The notes: generated by a model not told the origin, from the sequence alone. Numbered from the whole stretch's first letter, positions 24,078-37,740 are shown. The stretch: 63,893 nt of DNA, filler included, from Octopus bimaculoides (GCF_001194135.2; 10 parts of 8 records of this genome joined end to end with filler, not necessarily neighbours in it); one strand, 5' to 3'. Translations and numbers: made by a program.

Positions 24078-24231
24078 TATTTGCGGTGTTTTTTCTTTTT
24101 AACTTTTTCGAATTTCTATGTTTTCGATATTGGAGAATACGATTTTGCCCAAAAATCCGGTTTTCAAAATTTTAATTTCCTCCACCCGACCCTAATTTCT
24201 TAATTTTGTAACTTTTTCGAATCTTTTCTTT

Positions 24232-24555
24232 TTAATCCACATAGAAAAAAAACAGAGATTTTTTTTCTTAATGTTAATTTTTCTTAAAGAAACACTGAAT
24301 GCCACTTCCCCCACATCGTCCACCCATCATCTCTCCGCTTTCAAAAAGCTAAAAACTCCGAATGTTTCACTTTCGTCTGATGTTTCACGCATGCATAGAA
24401 TTCTACTGAAATAGCAGACTTCAAAAATATCAGACCACCACCAGAAAACCTGACATGCTAGAAAAAAAAGTTAAACGACATTATTTCTGGTAAAACTTCC
24501 CCGCTTTCAAAAAAGCTAAAAGTGAAACATTCGGAGGTGATGGGTGGGGGTTGGG
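24232..24555. repeat. Interspersed repeat with internal inverted and direct sub-repeats; second copy at 35735-36170
   Basis: Shared blocks TAATCCACA.AGAAA, TTAAAGAAACACT, CTTTCAAAAAGCTA and CATGCATAGAATTCTACTGAAATA. Internal IR CTCCGAATGTTTCACTTT / AAAGTGAAACATTCGGAG. Confidence 0.7.
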
Positions 24556-24668
24556 NNNNNNNNNNNNNNNNNNNNNNNNNNNNNNNNNNNNNNNNNNNNT
24601 TAATTAATTAANNNNNNNNNNNNNNNNNNNNNNNNNNNNNNNNNNNNNNNNNNNNTTCAGAATGTGGA

Positions 24669-24890
24669 ATCATCATCATCGTTTAACGTCCGCTTTCCAT
24701 GCTAGCATGGGTTGGACGATTTGACTGAGGACTGGTGAACCAGATGGCTACACCAGGCTCCAATCTGATTTGGCAGAGTTTCTACAGCTGGATGCCCTTC
24801 CTAATGCCAACCACTCCGAGAGTGTAGTGGGCGCTTTTACGTGCCACTGGCATGAGGGCCAGTCAGGAGGTACTGGCACCGGCCACGCTC
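24669..24890 (-). mobile_element. Short retroposon with an RTE-type 3' end and (GAT)n tail
   Basis: Reverse complement of ...GGGCATCCAGCTGTAGAAACTCTGCC...CATGCTAGCATGGAAAGCGGACGTTAAACGATGATG. Other copies at 36515-36647, 37392-37500 and 53883-54064. Confidence 0.85.
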
Positions 24891-25630
24891 GAAATTGTGT
24901 ATTTTACGTGGAATATGGGAAAGAAAATAAAATATCATTTTAGTGGTGGTTGTTGTTCAGAAGATGCAATCGGGGCAGCAGGGACAGATGTTTAAAACAA
25001 CATGGATTAAAAATAATCTTTTTCTTTTTAAAAGAAGCCTTCCCTCATTGGTCGGCACTGTGTGATAGAGAAGAATTGGGAAAAAAAAATCACGACCAGA
25101 ACGGAGCAAACTGCAACTTGTGTGGGGCAGCTCTTCTGAAAGTCTGCAGGTTTTTCATACGATGATCAATAAAAATAAAAATAATAATAAATGTAAAAAC
25201 ACCCAGCTTGTCTCCTTTATTTAAATATAAACAAAATGAAGAAGATTAATCATGAAACAAACGATAACAACAACAACAACAACATGAACAGGTACAAAAA
25301 ATGTCTGGTTAGACAGGTTAGAGTTTTTAACAAGACACGTGGATAATAAATTTGATGTACATGCATACATTGTGATTGTGTGCATGTATGTGTTTGTATG
25401 CTGTGTATATATATATATATATATATACGCATGTATTTATACACATACAAATGTATAAATAGATATGCATACAAATTCAGTGATGCATACAAGCACACAC
25501 ACACTCATTCACTAAAACAAGTAACAACGGGATGGGAAGAGGGGGGGGGATAAAGTCTCCAGAGCTTTTTTTTTCTTTTTTTTCTCTTTCACTTCTGTGA
25601 ATTCTTTCTTAATTTTTCTTTCATTTCTAC

Positions 25631-25684
<54 letters not shown>

Positions 25685-25863
25685 TTGAATAATGCTAAGG
25701 AGAAAACAAATATTTTGAAAAGTAAAACCAAATATAAACAATTGAACAAGCAATTTGATAATATTAAAGAAAAAATGGTTTCCAAAATTTTCATTATTCA
25801 CAGTAAAATTTTCCATGCATGAATTGGTTACAATTCATGCATGCATGTGCGCATGTCTATATA

Positions 25864-25913
<50 letters not shown>

Positions 25914-26114
25914 TATGTATGTATATATGCAAAACATGTATATATGTATTATATTCACATATCTTTCTTCCCACATATATATATATATATATTACACACA
26001 CACAAACAAACATATATCTATATGTATATATATATATATATATGTATGTATGTAAGTATGTATATATATATAAACCTATATATAAATATATATTTATGTG
26101 TTTCTATATGTGTG

Positions 26115-26146
<32 letters not shown>

Positions 26147-26221
26147 TATATTTATATAAATGTAATGTATATGTTGTGTGTGTTATATGCATATATACAT
26201 ACATATGTATATACATTTACA

Positions 26222-26259
<38 letters not shown>

Positions 26260-26299
26260 CAAACATTCATAAATATATACATACACACATATATTTCCA

Positions 26300-26362
<63 letters not shown>

Positions 26363-26954
26363 AGAATCTATTTAATAGTCATCTTCAAAATCTTGTTTTT
26401 TCTATCATTTTTGATATTTTTTGTGTAAATTATACAATAGTTGCATAAGGACATATACTAACACAACCCTTTCTCAAACAAAATTTTTCCTCCCTTGGTC
26501 AATACTTCTTGAAGATGACCATCAGCATGGCCAAAAAGCTCAAGTCCTCCCTCGTCATTCTAGGCACAATCCCATTGTCCCATCTTGTCTCTCTATTTTC
26601 TCCATTTCCACTGCACTGAGCTATAGTTTCTAGTCAAGAGAATCGCTGCTCTCCCAAACTCATTTCACAACAAGTTCAAACTTTCCTATCCTCTACATTA
26701 CCAGGTTAAGGAATAAATGAATAATATGATATGTTATAAATAAGACTAGAAATAATTAACTATTTGGTCTCAGCTGTACTGTGTGTTATGCATAGCTTAA
26801 CCAAACATGTTTATATATGATTCCATGCATACAGGCCCCGACATACACACATCGTAATCTAGAATTGTTTACATCTCATTCCACAAACTGCTTCAGTCAT
26901 CTGGATCCAGCAGAACCAACCAATAGTGTCCTAATTACACAGGTATTTGCTCAA

Positions 26955-27007
<53 letters not shown>

Positions 27008-28366
27008 TCTACATACATGCATCTGTATCCATGTCTGTGTGTATATATATATATGTNNNNNNNNNNNNNNNNNNNNNNNNNNNNNNNNNNNNNNNNNNNN
27101 NNNNNNNNNNNNNNNNNNNNNNNNNNNNNNNNNNNNNNNNNNNNNNNNNNNNNNNNNNNNNNNNNNNNNNNNNNNNNNNNNNNNNNNNNNNNNNNNNNNN
27201 NNNNNNNNNNNNNNNNNNNNNNNNNNNNNNNNNNNNNNNNNNNNNNNNNNNNNNNNNNNNNNNNNNNNNNNNNNNNNNNNNNNNNNNNNNNNNNNNNNNN
27301 NNNNNNNNNNNNNNNNNNNNNNNNNNNNNNNNNNNNNNNNNNNNNNNNNNNNNNNNNNNNNNNNNNNNNNNNNNNNNNNNNNNNNNNNNNNNNNNNNNNN
27401 NNNNNNNNNNNNNNNNNNNNNNNNNNNNNNNNNNNNNNNNNNNNNNNNNNNNNNNNNNNNNNNNNNNNNNNNNNNNNNNNNNNNNNNNNNNNNNNNNNNN
27501 NNNNNNNNNNNNNNNNNNNNNNNNNNNNNNNNNNNNNNNNNNNNNNNNNNNNNNNNNNNNNNNNNNNNNNNNNNNNNNNNNNNNNNNNNNNNNNNNNNNN
27601 NNNNNNNNNNNNNNNNNNNNNNNNNNNNNNNNNNNNNNNNNNNNNNNNNNNNNNNNNNNNNNNNNNNNNNNNNNNNNNNNNNNNNNNNNNNNNNNNNNNN
27701 NNNNNNNNNNNNNNNNNNNNNNNNNNNNNNNNNNNNNNNNNNNNNNNNNNNNNNNNNNNNNNNNNNNNNNNNNNNNNNNNNNNNNNNNNNNNNNNNNNNN
27801 NNNNNNNNNNNNNNNNNNNNNNNNNNNNNNNNNNNNNNNNNNNNNNNNNNNNNNNNNNNNNNNNNNNNNNNNNNNNNNNNNNNNNNNNNNNNNNNNNNNN
27901 NNNNNNNNNNNNNNNNNNNNNNNNNNNNNNNNNNNNNNNNNNNNNNNNNNNNNNNNNNNNNNNNNNNNNNNNNNNNNNNNNNNNNNNNNNNNNNNNNNNN
28001 NNNTAATTATATATACATGTATATATACACACACACAGAGTAACAGGAAGAGTGTAAAAAGCAGGAGAGGGAAATATCTATCATGCTTTCTGAGTTTGCT
28101 TAGCTTTTCTCTTTCTTCTTTTAACTCATAAATAATCTACTAATTGATATATTACCATAAAAAGCAATTAACGATGACTAGTTATATGTATAGAGAACCA
28201 CTAACATCATCGTCTTCATCAGAATTTAACAGGTGCCTATCTTACAAAAATATCATCATCATCGTCGTCATCATCGTCAACCCCATCATCATCCTTATTC
28301 TTTCTTTCCTTGGGTTATTCATGTCACATCTCATCTCCTCCCAACAGCTTAGAGACGCAGCACTGC

Positions 28367-28850
28367 CTTAAACGCGTGTGCAGTTCCAAGTTATATTAAT
28401 ATGCAGTAGTCTCAGTTTTAGTGTGTGCTTTTACTGCACTCCTGAGGCCAGCTGTGTATACCTTGGGCATGTGCAGTGGTTTGTTTCGGTGTGGTTATTT
28501 TTACTGTATTGAGAGTGCTCTATGTAGGATGGGTGCAATGCCTAGCCGTGCTATTTTCCGTGTGTTATACATATACATATATATATTTGTTAATCCTAAA
28601 GTGTTGGTTATGTACTTGTCTACATATTTTTTAACCATGCTCAAAGCACCTATTAGCATAGGGATTGTTTCAGATTGTTGTTGTCTCTATTTCGAGAACT
28701 TTGTACTTTGACAGTTTCTCCATTTCTTTAAGAGATACATTGTCATCTGCTGGGACTGATATATTGATTAAGAAGGCATTGACAACAATATCTGTCCAAT
28801 TAGCCTTCATTTGTCTATTAGTGTGCATTGCCATATCTCAGATCATGGTT
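28367..28850 (-). mobile_element. R4/Dong LINE 3' fragment related to family A, older
   Basis: The minus strand gives IDISVPADDNVSLKEMEKLSKYK, ETIPMLIGALSMVKKY and IARLGIAPILHRALSIQ*. The 5' junction abuts a (TAT)n array. Confidence 0.75.
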
Positions 28851-28884
28851 GTGAATTATTACTATTATAATAATTATTATTATA

Positions 28885-28919
<35 letters not shown>

Positions 28920-29236
28920 TATTATCAATAATAATAATAATAATAATATACCAATAATATCTATTAGGTTATTAATATGGTCGTAGTGGTAATTAGAACT
29001 TTGCAGTTTTCTAAGAAACGTCTGTATCATCACAAATCACCATTACTATCATCATCGGCTACTTCTACCTTTTATCAGGATATTCATCAAATTAACATAC
29101 TTCGCAGTCACTATCATCAACATCATCATTCATCTTCATTATTTACATCACGAAGGGAAATGCAGAGGGATTTTGCAACAGCAAAACCTAGACTCATATA
29201 TACATACATTTATATATCTATATATCTATCTATCTA

Positions 29237-29275
<39 letters not shown>

Positions 29276-30448
29276 NNNNNNNNNNNNNNNNNNNNNNNNN
29301 NNNNNNNNNNNNNNNNNNNNNNNNNNNNNNNNNNNNNNNNNNNNNNNNNNNNNNNNNNNNNNNNNNNNNNNNNNNNNNNNNNNNNNNNNNNNNNNNNNNN
29401 NNNNNNNNNNNNNNNNNNNNNNNNNNNNNNNNNNNNNNNNNNNNNNNNNNNNNNNNNNNNNNNNNNNNNNNNNNNNNNNNNNNNNNNNNNNNNNNNNNNN
29501 NNNNNNNNNNNNNNNNNNNNNNNNNNNNNNNNNNNNNNNNNNNNNNNNNNNNNNNNNNNNNNNNNNNNNNNNNNNNNNNNNNNNNNNNNNNNNNNNNNNN
29601 NNNNNNNNNNNNNNNNNNNNNNNNNNNNNNNNNNNNNNNNNNNNNNNNNNNNNNNNNNNNNNNNNNNNNNNNNNNNNNNNNNNNNNNNNNNNNNNNNNNN
29701 NNNNNNNNNNNNNNNNNNNNNNNNNNNNNNNNNNNNNNNNNNNNNNNNNNNNNNNNNNNNNNNNNNNNNNNNNNNNNNNNNNNNNNNNNNNNNNNNNNNN
29801 NNNNNNNNNNNNNNNNNATATATATATATATATATACATAACGAACATATCTAGTTATCCTTAGTAAATGTGCATAGAGGATGCCAGATTTGGGGGGGGG
29901 GCGCATTGAAGGTTACATATACAAACAAACATACATACACATATATATACATATACACACACACACTCATGTGAGTTTAATATTTGCATATATTATGGGT
30001 TTTGGGGGGATTTGGGAGTCCTTCCTTCTTTGATCATTATATTTATCATCAGTAACATCATTCACATTACTATTATTATTATTACTAATTTGTCTTGTTG
30101 TTGTTGTTGTTGTTATTACTCTTATTATTGTAATTAAGTGTAAATAAGTTTCATTAATATCATTCATGAAGAAAACAATAAAAAAAAAAACAAATGTACA
30201 TAGTTATTTTTTTTGCCTTTTTTTTGTTTTTTTTTTGTTTTGTTTTTGTATCACTTCAATTTTGATTTTCAATAAGAATACTGCATATTTGGTATTGTCT
30301 TTTCGAGTTTCATTTACAAACATTCTGATATTCTGTGTGGGAATCTGTAAGAATCATCTGAGCCTCTCCTCGAATTCTTTTTGTGAAAGCAGTCTTTGAG
30401 ATTTTTATATATACACACACACATATATATGTATGATGCATGTATGTA

Positions 30449-30479
<31 letters not shown>

Positions 30480-30531
30480 TGTTTTTTGTATACATATAGA
30501 AATAAATTCAAATATACGCAAGGGTATATAT

Positions 30532-30575
<44 letters not shown>

Positions 30576-31374
30576 NNNNNNNNNNNNNNNNNNNNNNNNN
30601 NNNNNNNNNNNNNNNNNNNNNNNNNNNNNNNNNNNNNNNNNNNNNNNNNNNNNNNNNNNNNNNNNNNNNNNNNNNNNNNNNNNNNNNNNNNNNNNNNNNN
30701 NNNNNNNNNNNNNNNNNNNNNNNNNNNNNNNNNNNNNNNNNNNNNNNNNNNNNNNNNNNNNNNNNNNNNNNNNNNNNNNNNNNNNNNNNNNNNNNNNNNN
30801 NNNNNNNNNNNNNNNNNNNNNNNNNNNNNNNNNNNNNNNNNNNNNNNNNNNNNNNNNNNNNNNNNNNNNNNNNNNNNNNNNNNNNNNNNNNNNNNNNNNN
30901 NNNNNNNNNNNNNNNNNNNNNNNNNNNNNNNNNNNNNNNNNNNNNNNNNNNNNNNNNNNNNNNNNNNNNNNNNNNNNNNNNNNNNNNNNNNNNNNNNNNN
31001 NNNNNNNNNNNNNNNNNNNNNNNNNNNNNNNNNNNNNNNNNNNNNNNNNNNNNNNNNNNNNNNNNNNNNNNNNNNNNNNNNNNNNNNNNNNNNNNNNNNN
31101 NNNNNNNNNNNNNNNNNNNNNNNNNNNNNNNNNNNNNNNNNNNNNNNNNNNNNNNNNNNNNNNNNNNNNNNNNNNNNNNNNNNNNNNNNNNNNNNNNNNN
31201 NNNNNNNNNNNNNNNNNNNNNNNNNNNNNNNNNNNNNNNNNNNNNNNNNNNNNNNNNNNNNNNNNNNNNNNNNNNNNNNNNNNNNNNNNNNNNNNNNNNN
31301 NNNNNNNNNNNNNNNNNNNNNNNNNNNNNNNNNNNNNNNNNNNNNNNNNNNNNNNNNNNNNNNNNNNNNNNNNN

Positions 31375-31410
<36 letters not shown>

Positions 31411-32107
31411 TATATATATGTATATTACCTCACTTCTTTCTTTTTCCTTGCACACTTTCTCTCGGGCATTGCTTTTAATTAATTAACAAATTTAGTTGTT
31501 TAATGAACGTCGTTAGCAACAACAATTACTACAATATATACAACAACCATTATCACTTGCTCACCACTGGAAACAACAACAACAACAACAACAACAACCC
31601 TAGTTGTTCCCTTCATCTTGTATCCCTACACAATTACAAGTGGTGTGGTGTAATGTCGGTGTCTAACGTCGGTGTCTACCTCATAGTTTCTTCAACTTGA
31701 TTACAGTGTACATATAAATGATGCAGACTGCAGTGTGTGTGTGGTGTGTGCGTATGTGTTTAACTACTAAATATTAGGGAGATAATAAAGGAGGTGAGTT
31801 TCCAAAGAAAAACCGAGTGTAGATACCATCTTTTATCTCATGCATCATACAGTACTCTGGCCACATGCAGACATACAACCCCTCCATTCTTATAACAACG
31901 AAACACTAGTACCGACCTAATCATGCCCAACACATCCTATTTTTTTGATTATCTTTCTCTCTGTTTTCCAATATGGATTGAGTAACAAGACCATTGACCA
32001 TAAAGCCATGTATTTCTCTGTAATTTATACAGGGTATTTTGTTATTTTGTGTTTTTTTTTTTTTTCATTTTTACAAAATTGCTGGGTTATTTCTTGAGAG
32101 CTGAATG

Positions 32108-32161
<54 letters not shown>

Positions 32162-32471
32162 NNNNNNNNNNNNNNNNNNNNNNNNNNNNNNNNNNNNNNN
32201 NNNNNNNNNNNNNNNNNNNNNNNNNNNNNNNNNNNNNNNNNNNNNNNNNNNNNNNNNNNNNNNNNNNNNNNNNNNNNNNNNNNNNNNNNNNNNNNNNNNN
32301 NNNNNNNNNNNNNNNNNNNNNNNNNNNNNNNNNNNNNNNNNNNNNNNNNNNNNNNNNNNATGTATATGTATATGTATATATATATATATGTGTATGTATA
32401 TATGTATTTATATATATGTGTATATATACACACACATATATATATATACATATATGTATAAATAAATATAT

Positions 32472-32516
<45 letters not shown>

Positions 32517-32937
32517 TATAATGTACATATATATATGTGTGTGTGTGTTTCAATTACTTTTAAATTAAATATTTTTTCAGTTTGTTTTGGGTTGTGGATG
32601 TCTCAGTGGGTTGGGTTCGCATGTTGCAAAATTAAAACAGGTTATATATAAATATACATATACATATATATATCTATATATATACACACACATACGTATG
32701 TGTTGTATATGTACATGTTAGAGAGAGAGAAAGAGATGGAGGGAGAGATTCAGACACAGAAGAGGAGGCAGCTGAGCCTGAGTGGGAAGGAAATTTTCGT
32801 TTGTTGTTCATGTCACACACACACAAACCACCACCACCACCACCATCACCATCACCACCACCACCACCATTGCCACCAATAGCAACAACTGCGGTGGCGT
32901 GGGAAGGGAGGTGGGGCATACTGGAGTATTATTATTA

Positions 32938-32969
<32 letters not shown>

Positions 32970-33636
32970 TATTTTGTGTCTTTGACTCTCCGTGATTATT
33001 TCCGACCGTGATAGGATCGATGACGGGTGTAAAGTGGTGACGAGGAAGGTGGGAACAAATTGGTTGCGTGATGATTGTTGTTGTTGTTTGTTTGTTGTTT
33101 GTTTAGTAGTCCACCACCCGCTTTAAACGGACCCACTGCACACAGCCAGCCCCCCAAGGTCAGCCTCACTAAATAGCTTTCGTCCTCCACCTAACATCAT
33201 GGAAGAGCAACACAACTATGATGGAATTCGTTCCATCCATCCATCCATCCATCCATCCATTATTATCATTATTAATATTGTTATTGTTATTATTATTATT
33301 GTTATTATTACTGCTACTACTAAGACCCTTTCTTTACATTCTTTAAACATTCCTTCTCTCTTTCTCAAAATACCTTCACATTTTTGATGTTTACACTCCT
33401 CCCATCCACACACCACCACCACCACCACCACCACCACATACCACACACCACCACCACCACCACCAGCACCACCCAGAGTCAGATGATTACACACTCCACA
33501 AGGATCGAGGAGAAACAGCAGCAGACCTACAATGAAAAGTGCTCCAGCTGAGACCATCCCGTCCGATCCGTTGTTGTTAATATTTGCTGTTGTTGTTGTT
33601 GTTGTAGTTATTTAATTATTATCATTATCGTTATTA

Positions 33637-33674
<38 letters not shown>

Positions 33675-33793
33675 TTCATTTTACTTGCTTGTTATGGTGA
33701 TGATCGTGATGTTGGTAACTTGTGGAAGAAGTAGTTGTAGTAATAGTAGTGGTAGTGGTAGTGCTAAAACCAAAGACGATGATACTTTTAGAG

Positions 33794-33849
<56 letters not shown>

Positions 33850-34365
33850 TATATATTTTTTTCTGTTTCATTATTATTATTATCATTATTATTATTATGA
33901 TTATTGTTATTAATATTATTATTATTATATTTTTTACAGTCATGTTCTTTTACTTTTCTTTAAATATATATATATATATATTTTTCAAAAGTCTTTTTTC
34001 TTTTATACGTTGAGTTTAGGACTCAGGATTAGAAAAATCAATACATTGTATATTTTTTTTTTTTGTAATTGTTAGTATTATTGTTATTGTTAATAAAGTT
34101 ATTGGTTTTTTGTTATTATTCGTAATTGTTATTATTGTTTGAGTGACAATCAATCAATCAATTAATTAATCAATCAATCAATGAATTCAATCATTTGTAA
34201 ATTGTATGGAGGCAAAGAGAAGGAGGGAGGAGGGTCTTTATCCGAAATTCGTTTAGAGCTGTTAGTGTCAAGTGTTAGCAAAGGAACACGATGAGGTGAG
34301 TCGTATGTCCTGAATATTGTTAACTGTGATTGATGTTTTGTTGCCTGGGACCATTAGCTTGTCTT

Positions 34366-34390
34366 CTAGTTGGAAATTGGGGTCACTATC
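34366..34390 (-). CDS. Terminal coding exon of an unidentified gene: (R)IVTPISN*
   Basis: Strong acceptor CTTTTCTTTCTGTCTCTTTTTACAG|G at 34391/34390. Phase 2 from the previous exon, TAG at 34368-34366, then microsatellite-rich UTR-like sequence. Confidence 0.65.
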
Positions 34391-34777
34391 CTGTAAAAAG
34401 AGACAGAAAGAAAAGATAAAAGACACATGAGAGAAAGGTGAACATGTCGACGATGATAACAAGGAAGTTGAAAATGAAGATGAAATGTTAAGATGAAGTG
34501 ATTCTGAAGGGAGAAGTAAAAATACAATAAAATAAAAAAGATTTTTGTTATTGTTTAGTCACCCAGCAGACTTAGAATCAAAGGGTTATTCCCCCTTCAT
34601 AATTGATCATTTTCTTCCTTCATTTTTGAAGAAATAGAAAAATTTAAATTTCCCATTTGCACAGGTGCATTCTACACAAATTTGTTGCTTATATACCCTG
34701 ACTCAGTATAATACTATATTCTAGTTTGGCCAATATAGTTTTCATCGCATTGTGAACATGCGAAGCAGTAGATGTAC

Positions 34778-34818
34778 CTTTGTCTAAGGGGCCAGTCACA
34801 AAGTGAAACAGCTCCATT
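34778..34818 (-). CDS. 41-nt internal exon of the same gene: NGAVSLCDWPLRQ(R)
   Basis: Acceptor CTCTTTTTATTTTTCAACAG|A and donor AG|GTACAT. Phase 0 in and phase 2 out, matching both neighbours. Confidence 0.65.
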
Positions 34819-35057
34819 CTGTTGAAAAATAAAAAGAGATGCTGATGTTTCATACTGTATGTATTTTCTGTAGGTGAAGGTGAAAGAAAGCTGTCACAAA
34901 GAGAGGTGGAAAGCAGGAGAGAAGGAGATGCTGATAACCTCAGAAATGAGGTCAGGTCGCACAATTTTGAAGTCATTTTCAGGCAAGATTTCGATTTGCT
35001 TCTAATGTTTCACTTTTGTCCAATGTTTTACACATGTGTAGAATTTGGCATTATTTT

Positions 35058-35857
35058 TCTCTTTCAATTTCTCACTATAATGTGTCGAGACACTATGTTG
35101 TCAACAACATGTTACAACTTCACTAACTTCATCACTATATGATGAAACCTGGATTTCATTCCATTTTTTACACACTTTGCTATCAGTTATATAGATAATT
35201 CATACATGATTCTCCTGTGCATCAACCCTACAAATACATGCACATACTTCACACCTTCACAATCAAGGCTACAATTTTGAAAGTTTTCTTCAATTTCTCC
35301 TTCTTTCGGAATTAAGAAAGGTATTTAAAATTAACTTCCTTTGGCACACACACACACAAGGTAAAAGTTCTGTATGAATTATGTTATTTCTTGCTGTGTG
35401 CATGCGCAAAATTACAGCTCAAATCCCATGGAAATTACTTTTTTCTATTCTGTCATTCCTGTTTGTGATGAACATATTTCAAAACCTGACTTTCTATATA
35501 ATCTAACAAGGAAGCTATCCCAGAAATCCTGTCCTTTACCTGTCATTTCTAATATGTCTGAAGTGGCATTTGCATCCCCTACCTTATTTTTTCCTAAAAT
35601 TTATTCACATTCCTATATTTTCCATACAGGAGATTTGCATTTCACCCAAAAAATACATTCTCATTATTCTAATTTTCTCTCTCTCAACCCTAATTTATTC
35701 ATTTTGTTACTTTTTCCCACATCTTTTTTCTTGGTAATCCACAGAGAAACAAACAGACAGTACAAATCTTTAAGAATTTTCTTCTTTCTTTTTTGTTAAA
35801 GAAACACTAACATCTTCTTCTCCAACATCCACCCATAACCTCATCACTTTCAAAAAG

Positions 35858-35934
<77 letters not shown>

Positions 35935-36331
35935 ATGTTTCTTATAGATTTGAAAACTGAGTTGCCCATTTTCACATATGAGGTATCAAAAGATTCAATA
36001 ATCTTTCGGTTACCAAATAAAGTATATTTTGTGCATAACAACACTTTTTTATTAATAAAATAACCTTAAAAACAAGCTTGGGTCACACAATTTTTAAGTC
36101 ATATTTGGACAATATTTCCATTTGCTTCTAATATCTCATGCATGCATAGAATTCTACTGAAATACCAAATGTAAAAAAATTGTCATTATCTCTCTCTTTC
36201 AGTCTCTCATTATAATGTATGGAGACACAATGTTGTCAACACCATGTTACAACTTCACTAACTTCATCACTATGTGATTAAACCTGCATTTCATTTCTTA
36301 CACACTTTGCAATCAATTATATAGATAATTC
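35058..36331 (+). repeat. Pair of ~140-bp direct repeats (35058-35201 and 36193-36331) inside an intron
   Basis: Both contain ATGTTGTCAACA.CATGTTACAACTTCACTAACTTCATCACTAT and TTACACACTTTGC.ATCA.TTATATAGATAATTC. Confidence 0.85.
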
Positions 36332-36514
36332 CCAACATGGTCTATAAAGACAATTCATTTCTTAGGCTTTCACAGTTCATCAGCCATGAAGCTATACATC
36401 GCTCCATTACGACTGCTCAACCTCTGCATACCAGCATAACCTATTTACTTTCAAGAAGTACAGTGTATGTATACACTTATGCCAAACTGCCCACATCACT
36501 AACACAGTTCATTC

Positions 36515-36647
36515 AAGGGCATCCAGCTGTAGAAACTCTGCCAGATCAGATTGGAGCCTGGTGCAGCCATCTGGTTCACCAGTCCCTAGTCAAACCGTCC
36601 AACCCATGCTAGCATGGAAAGTGGACGTTAAACGATGATGATGATGA
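36515..36647 (+). mobile_element. RTE-tailed short retroposon copy
   Basis: Same sequence as 24669-24890, with a (GAT)n tail. Confidence 0.85.
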
Positions 36648-37579
36648 CATACAGCCTAAAAAGTCCCTTCTTTATTCTATTGGCCTCAACATTGATATAA
36701 ACTGATAACGAATATGCTTGCAGAAAACCATAATACTTTTGAATATGGCCTTTTCATTGGGGAAGCTAATGTATATATGTATGTGCTTAAAGTTATCAAC
36801 AAATATGGGACAGGTAAGAACTATTTCAGCTTCTAAATTACCTGATTTGTAGCCATGAAAATAAGTTGCCAATATTGCTGTATCAGATATCAAAACATTG
36901 AGCAATCTTTCGGCTACCAGCATAAAGTAAGTTTTTGGCACACCAAACCTATTTTGCTACAAAAATTAACACCAAAACAAGGCTTCATCGCACAATTTTT
37001 TGGTCATTTTGGAGGCAATGTTAGGATTTCATTCTAATCTAAGCTACCGTTGTACATGTTTTTGGTGTCAAATATTTCAGCATTGTTCATCACAAAATGA
37101 CTGGAAATCATGTTTATAAAGAAGAGTTGTTTGCTTCATACTCCTCGTGTGCTGATTCTGCTCATAAGAAAGGAACAAATAATACAATGTGGCTGTAGGT
37201 CATAACATCCGGGCAATGCCAGGATGTATTGCTAATATATGTGTGTGTGTGTGTGTGTGTTTAGCCTTGTCTTGACATCACATGATAGTTGTAAATGAGT
37301 GTTGTTGTCATACAAGTGATTTTGTTCATTTCCAGCCTTCAATGCAAAACATGTCTAGTCATGGGAAAATATTGCTCTATTTTGAAACAAGTACAGGTTA
37401 GTGACAGGAAGGGTATCCAATGCGTAGAAGAAACTCTGCCTCCACAAATAACTTTTAACCCATGCAAGCATAGAAAAGTGGACGTTAAATGATGATGAAG
37501 AGAATGATAATGATGAATATGATGAGGATGAAAATAGCTGATGAGGATGAAATAGCTGATGGGGATGATATGAAATTAC

Positions 37580-37740
37580 CTCATCTGATGATTGGTCAGT
37601 GAAGGTACATTCTCGACATCGTTTCCAACTTATTAGGCAGGACATTCTCTTTGGAGAGTCATGGACCCCAGGGAAATCAAAGACCTTTATCAAAGGACCT
37701 GGTGAATGACAAATAGGTGAGCGCTGACAGTCCACAGCAT
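37580..37740 (-). CDS. 161-nt internal exon of the same gene: xAVDCQRSPICHSPGPLIKVFDFPGVHDSPKRMSCLISWKRCRECTFTDQSSDE
   Basis: Acceptor TTCTTCCCTTTAATGTGCCCTGTTTTTTGTAG|A and donor GAG|GTAATT. Open frame, phase 1 in and phase 0 out. Confidence 0.75.

Noticed and set aside
25755-26448. Overlapping YIYI-rich ORFs
   Set aside because: Translations of (TA)n/(TATG)n microsatellite.
34268-34390. ORF-track reading DSDPNFQLEDKLMVPGNKTSITVNN... as the last exon
   Set aside because: It needs phase 0, but the upstream 41-nt exon ends in phase 2, giving RIVTPISN*. It remains possible only if the 41-nt exon is skipped (37580 to 34390 is phase 0).
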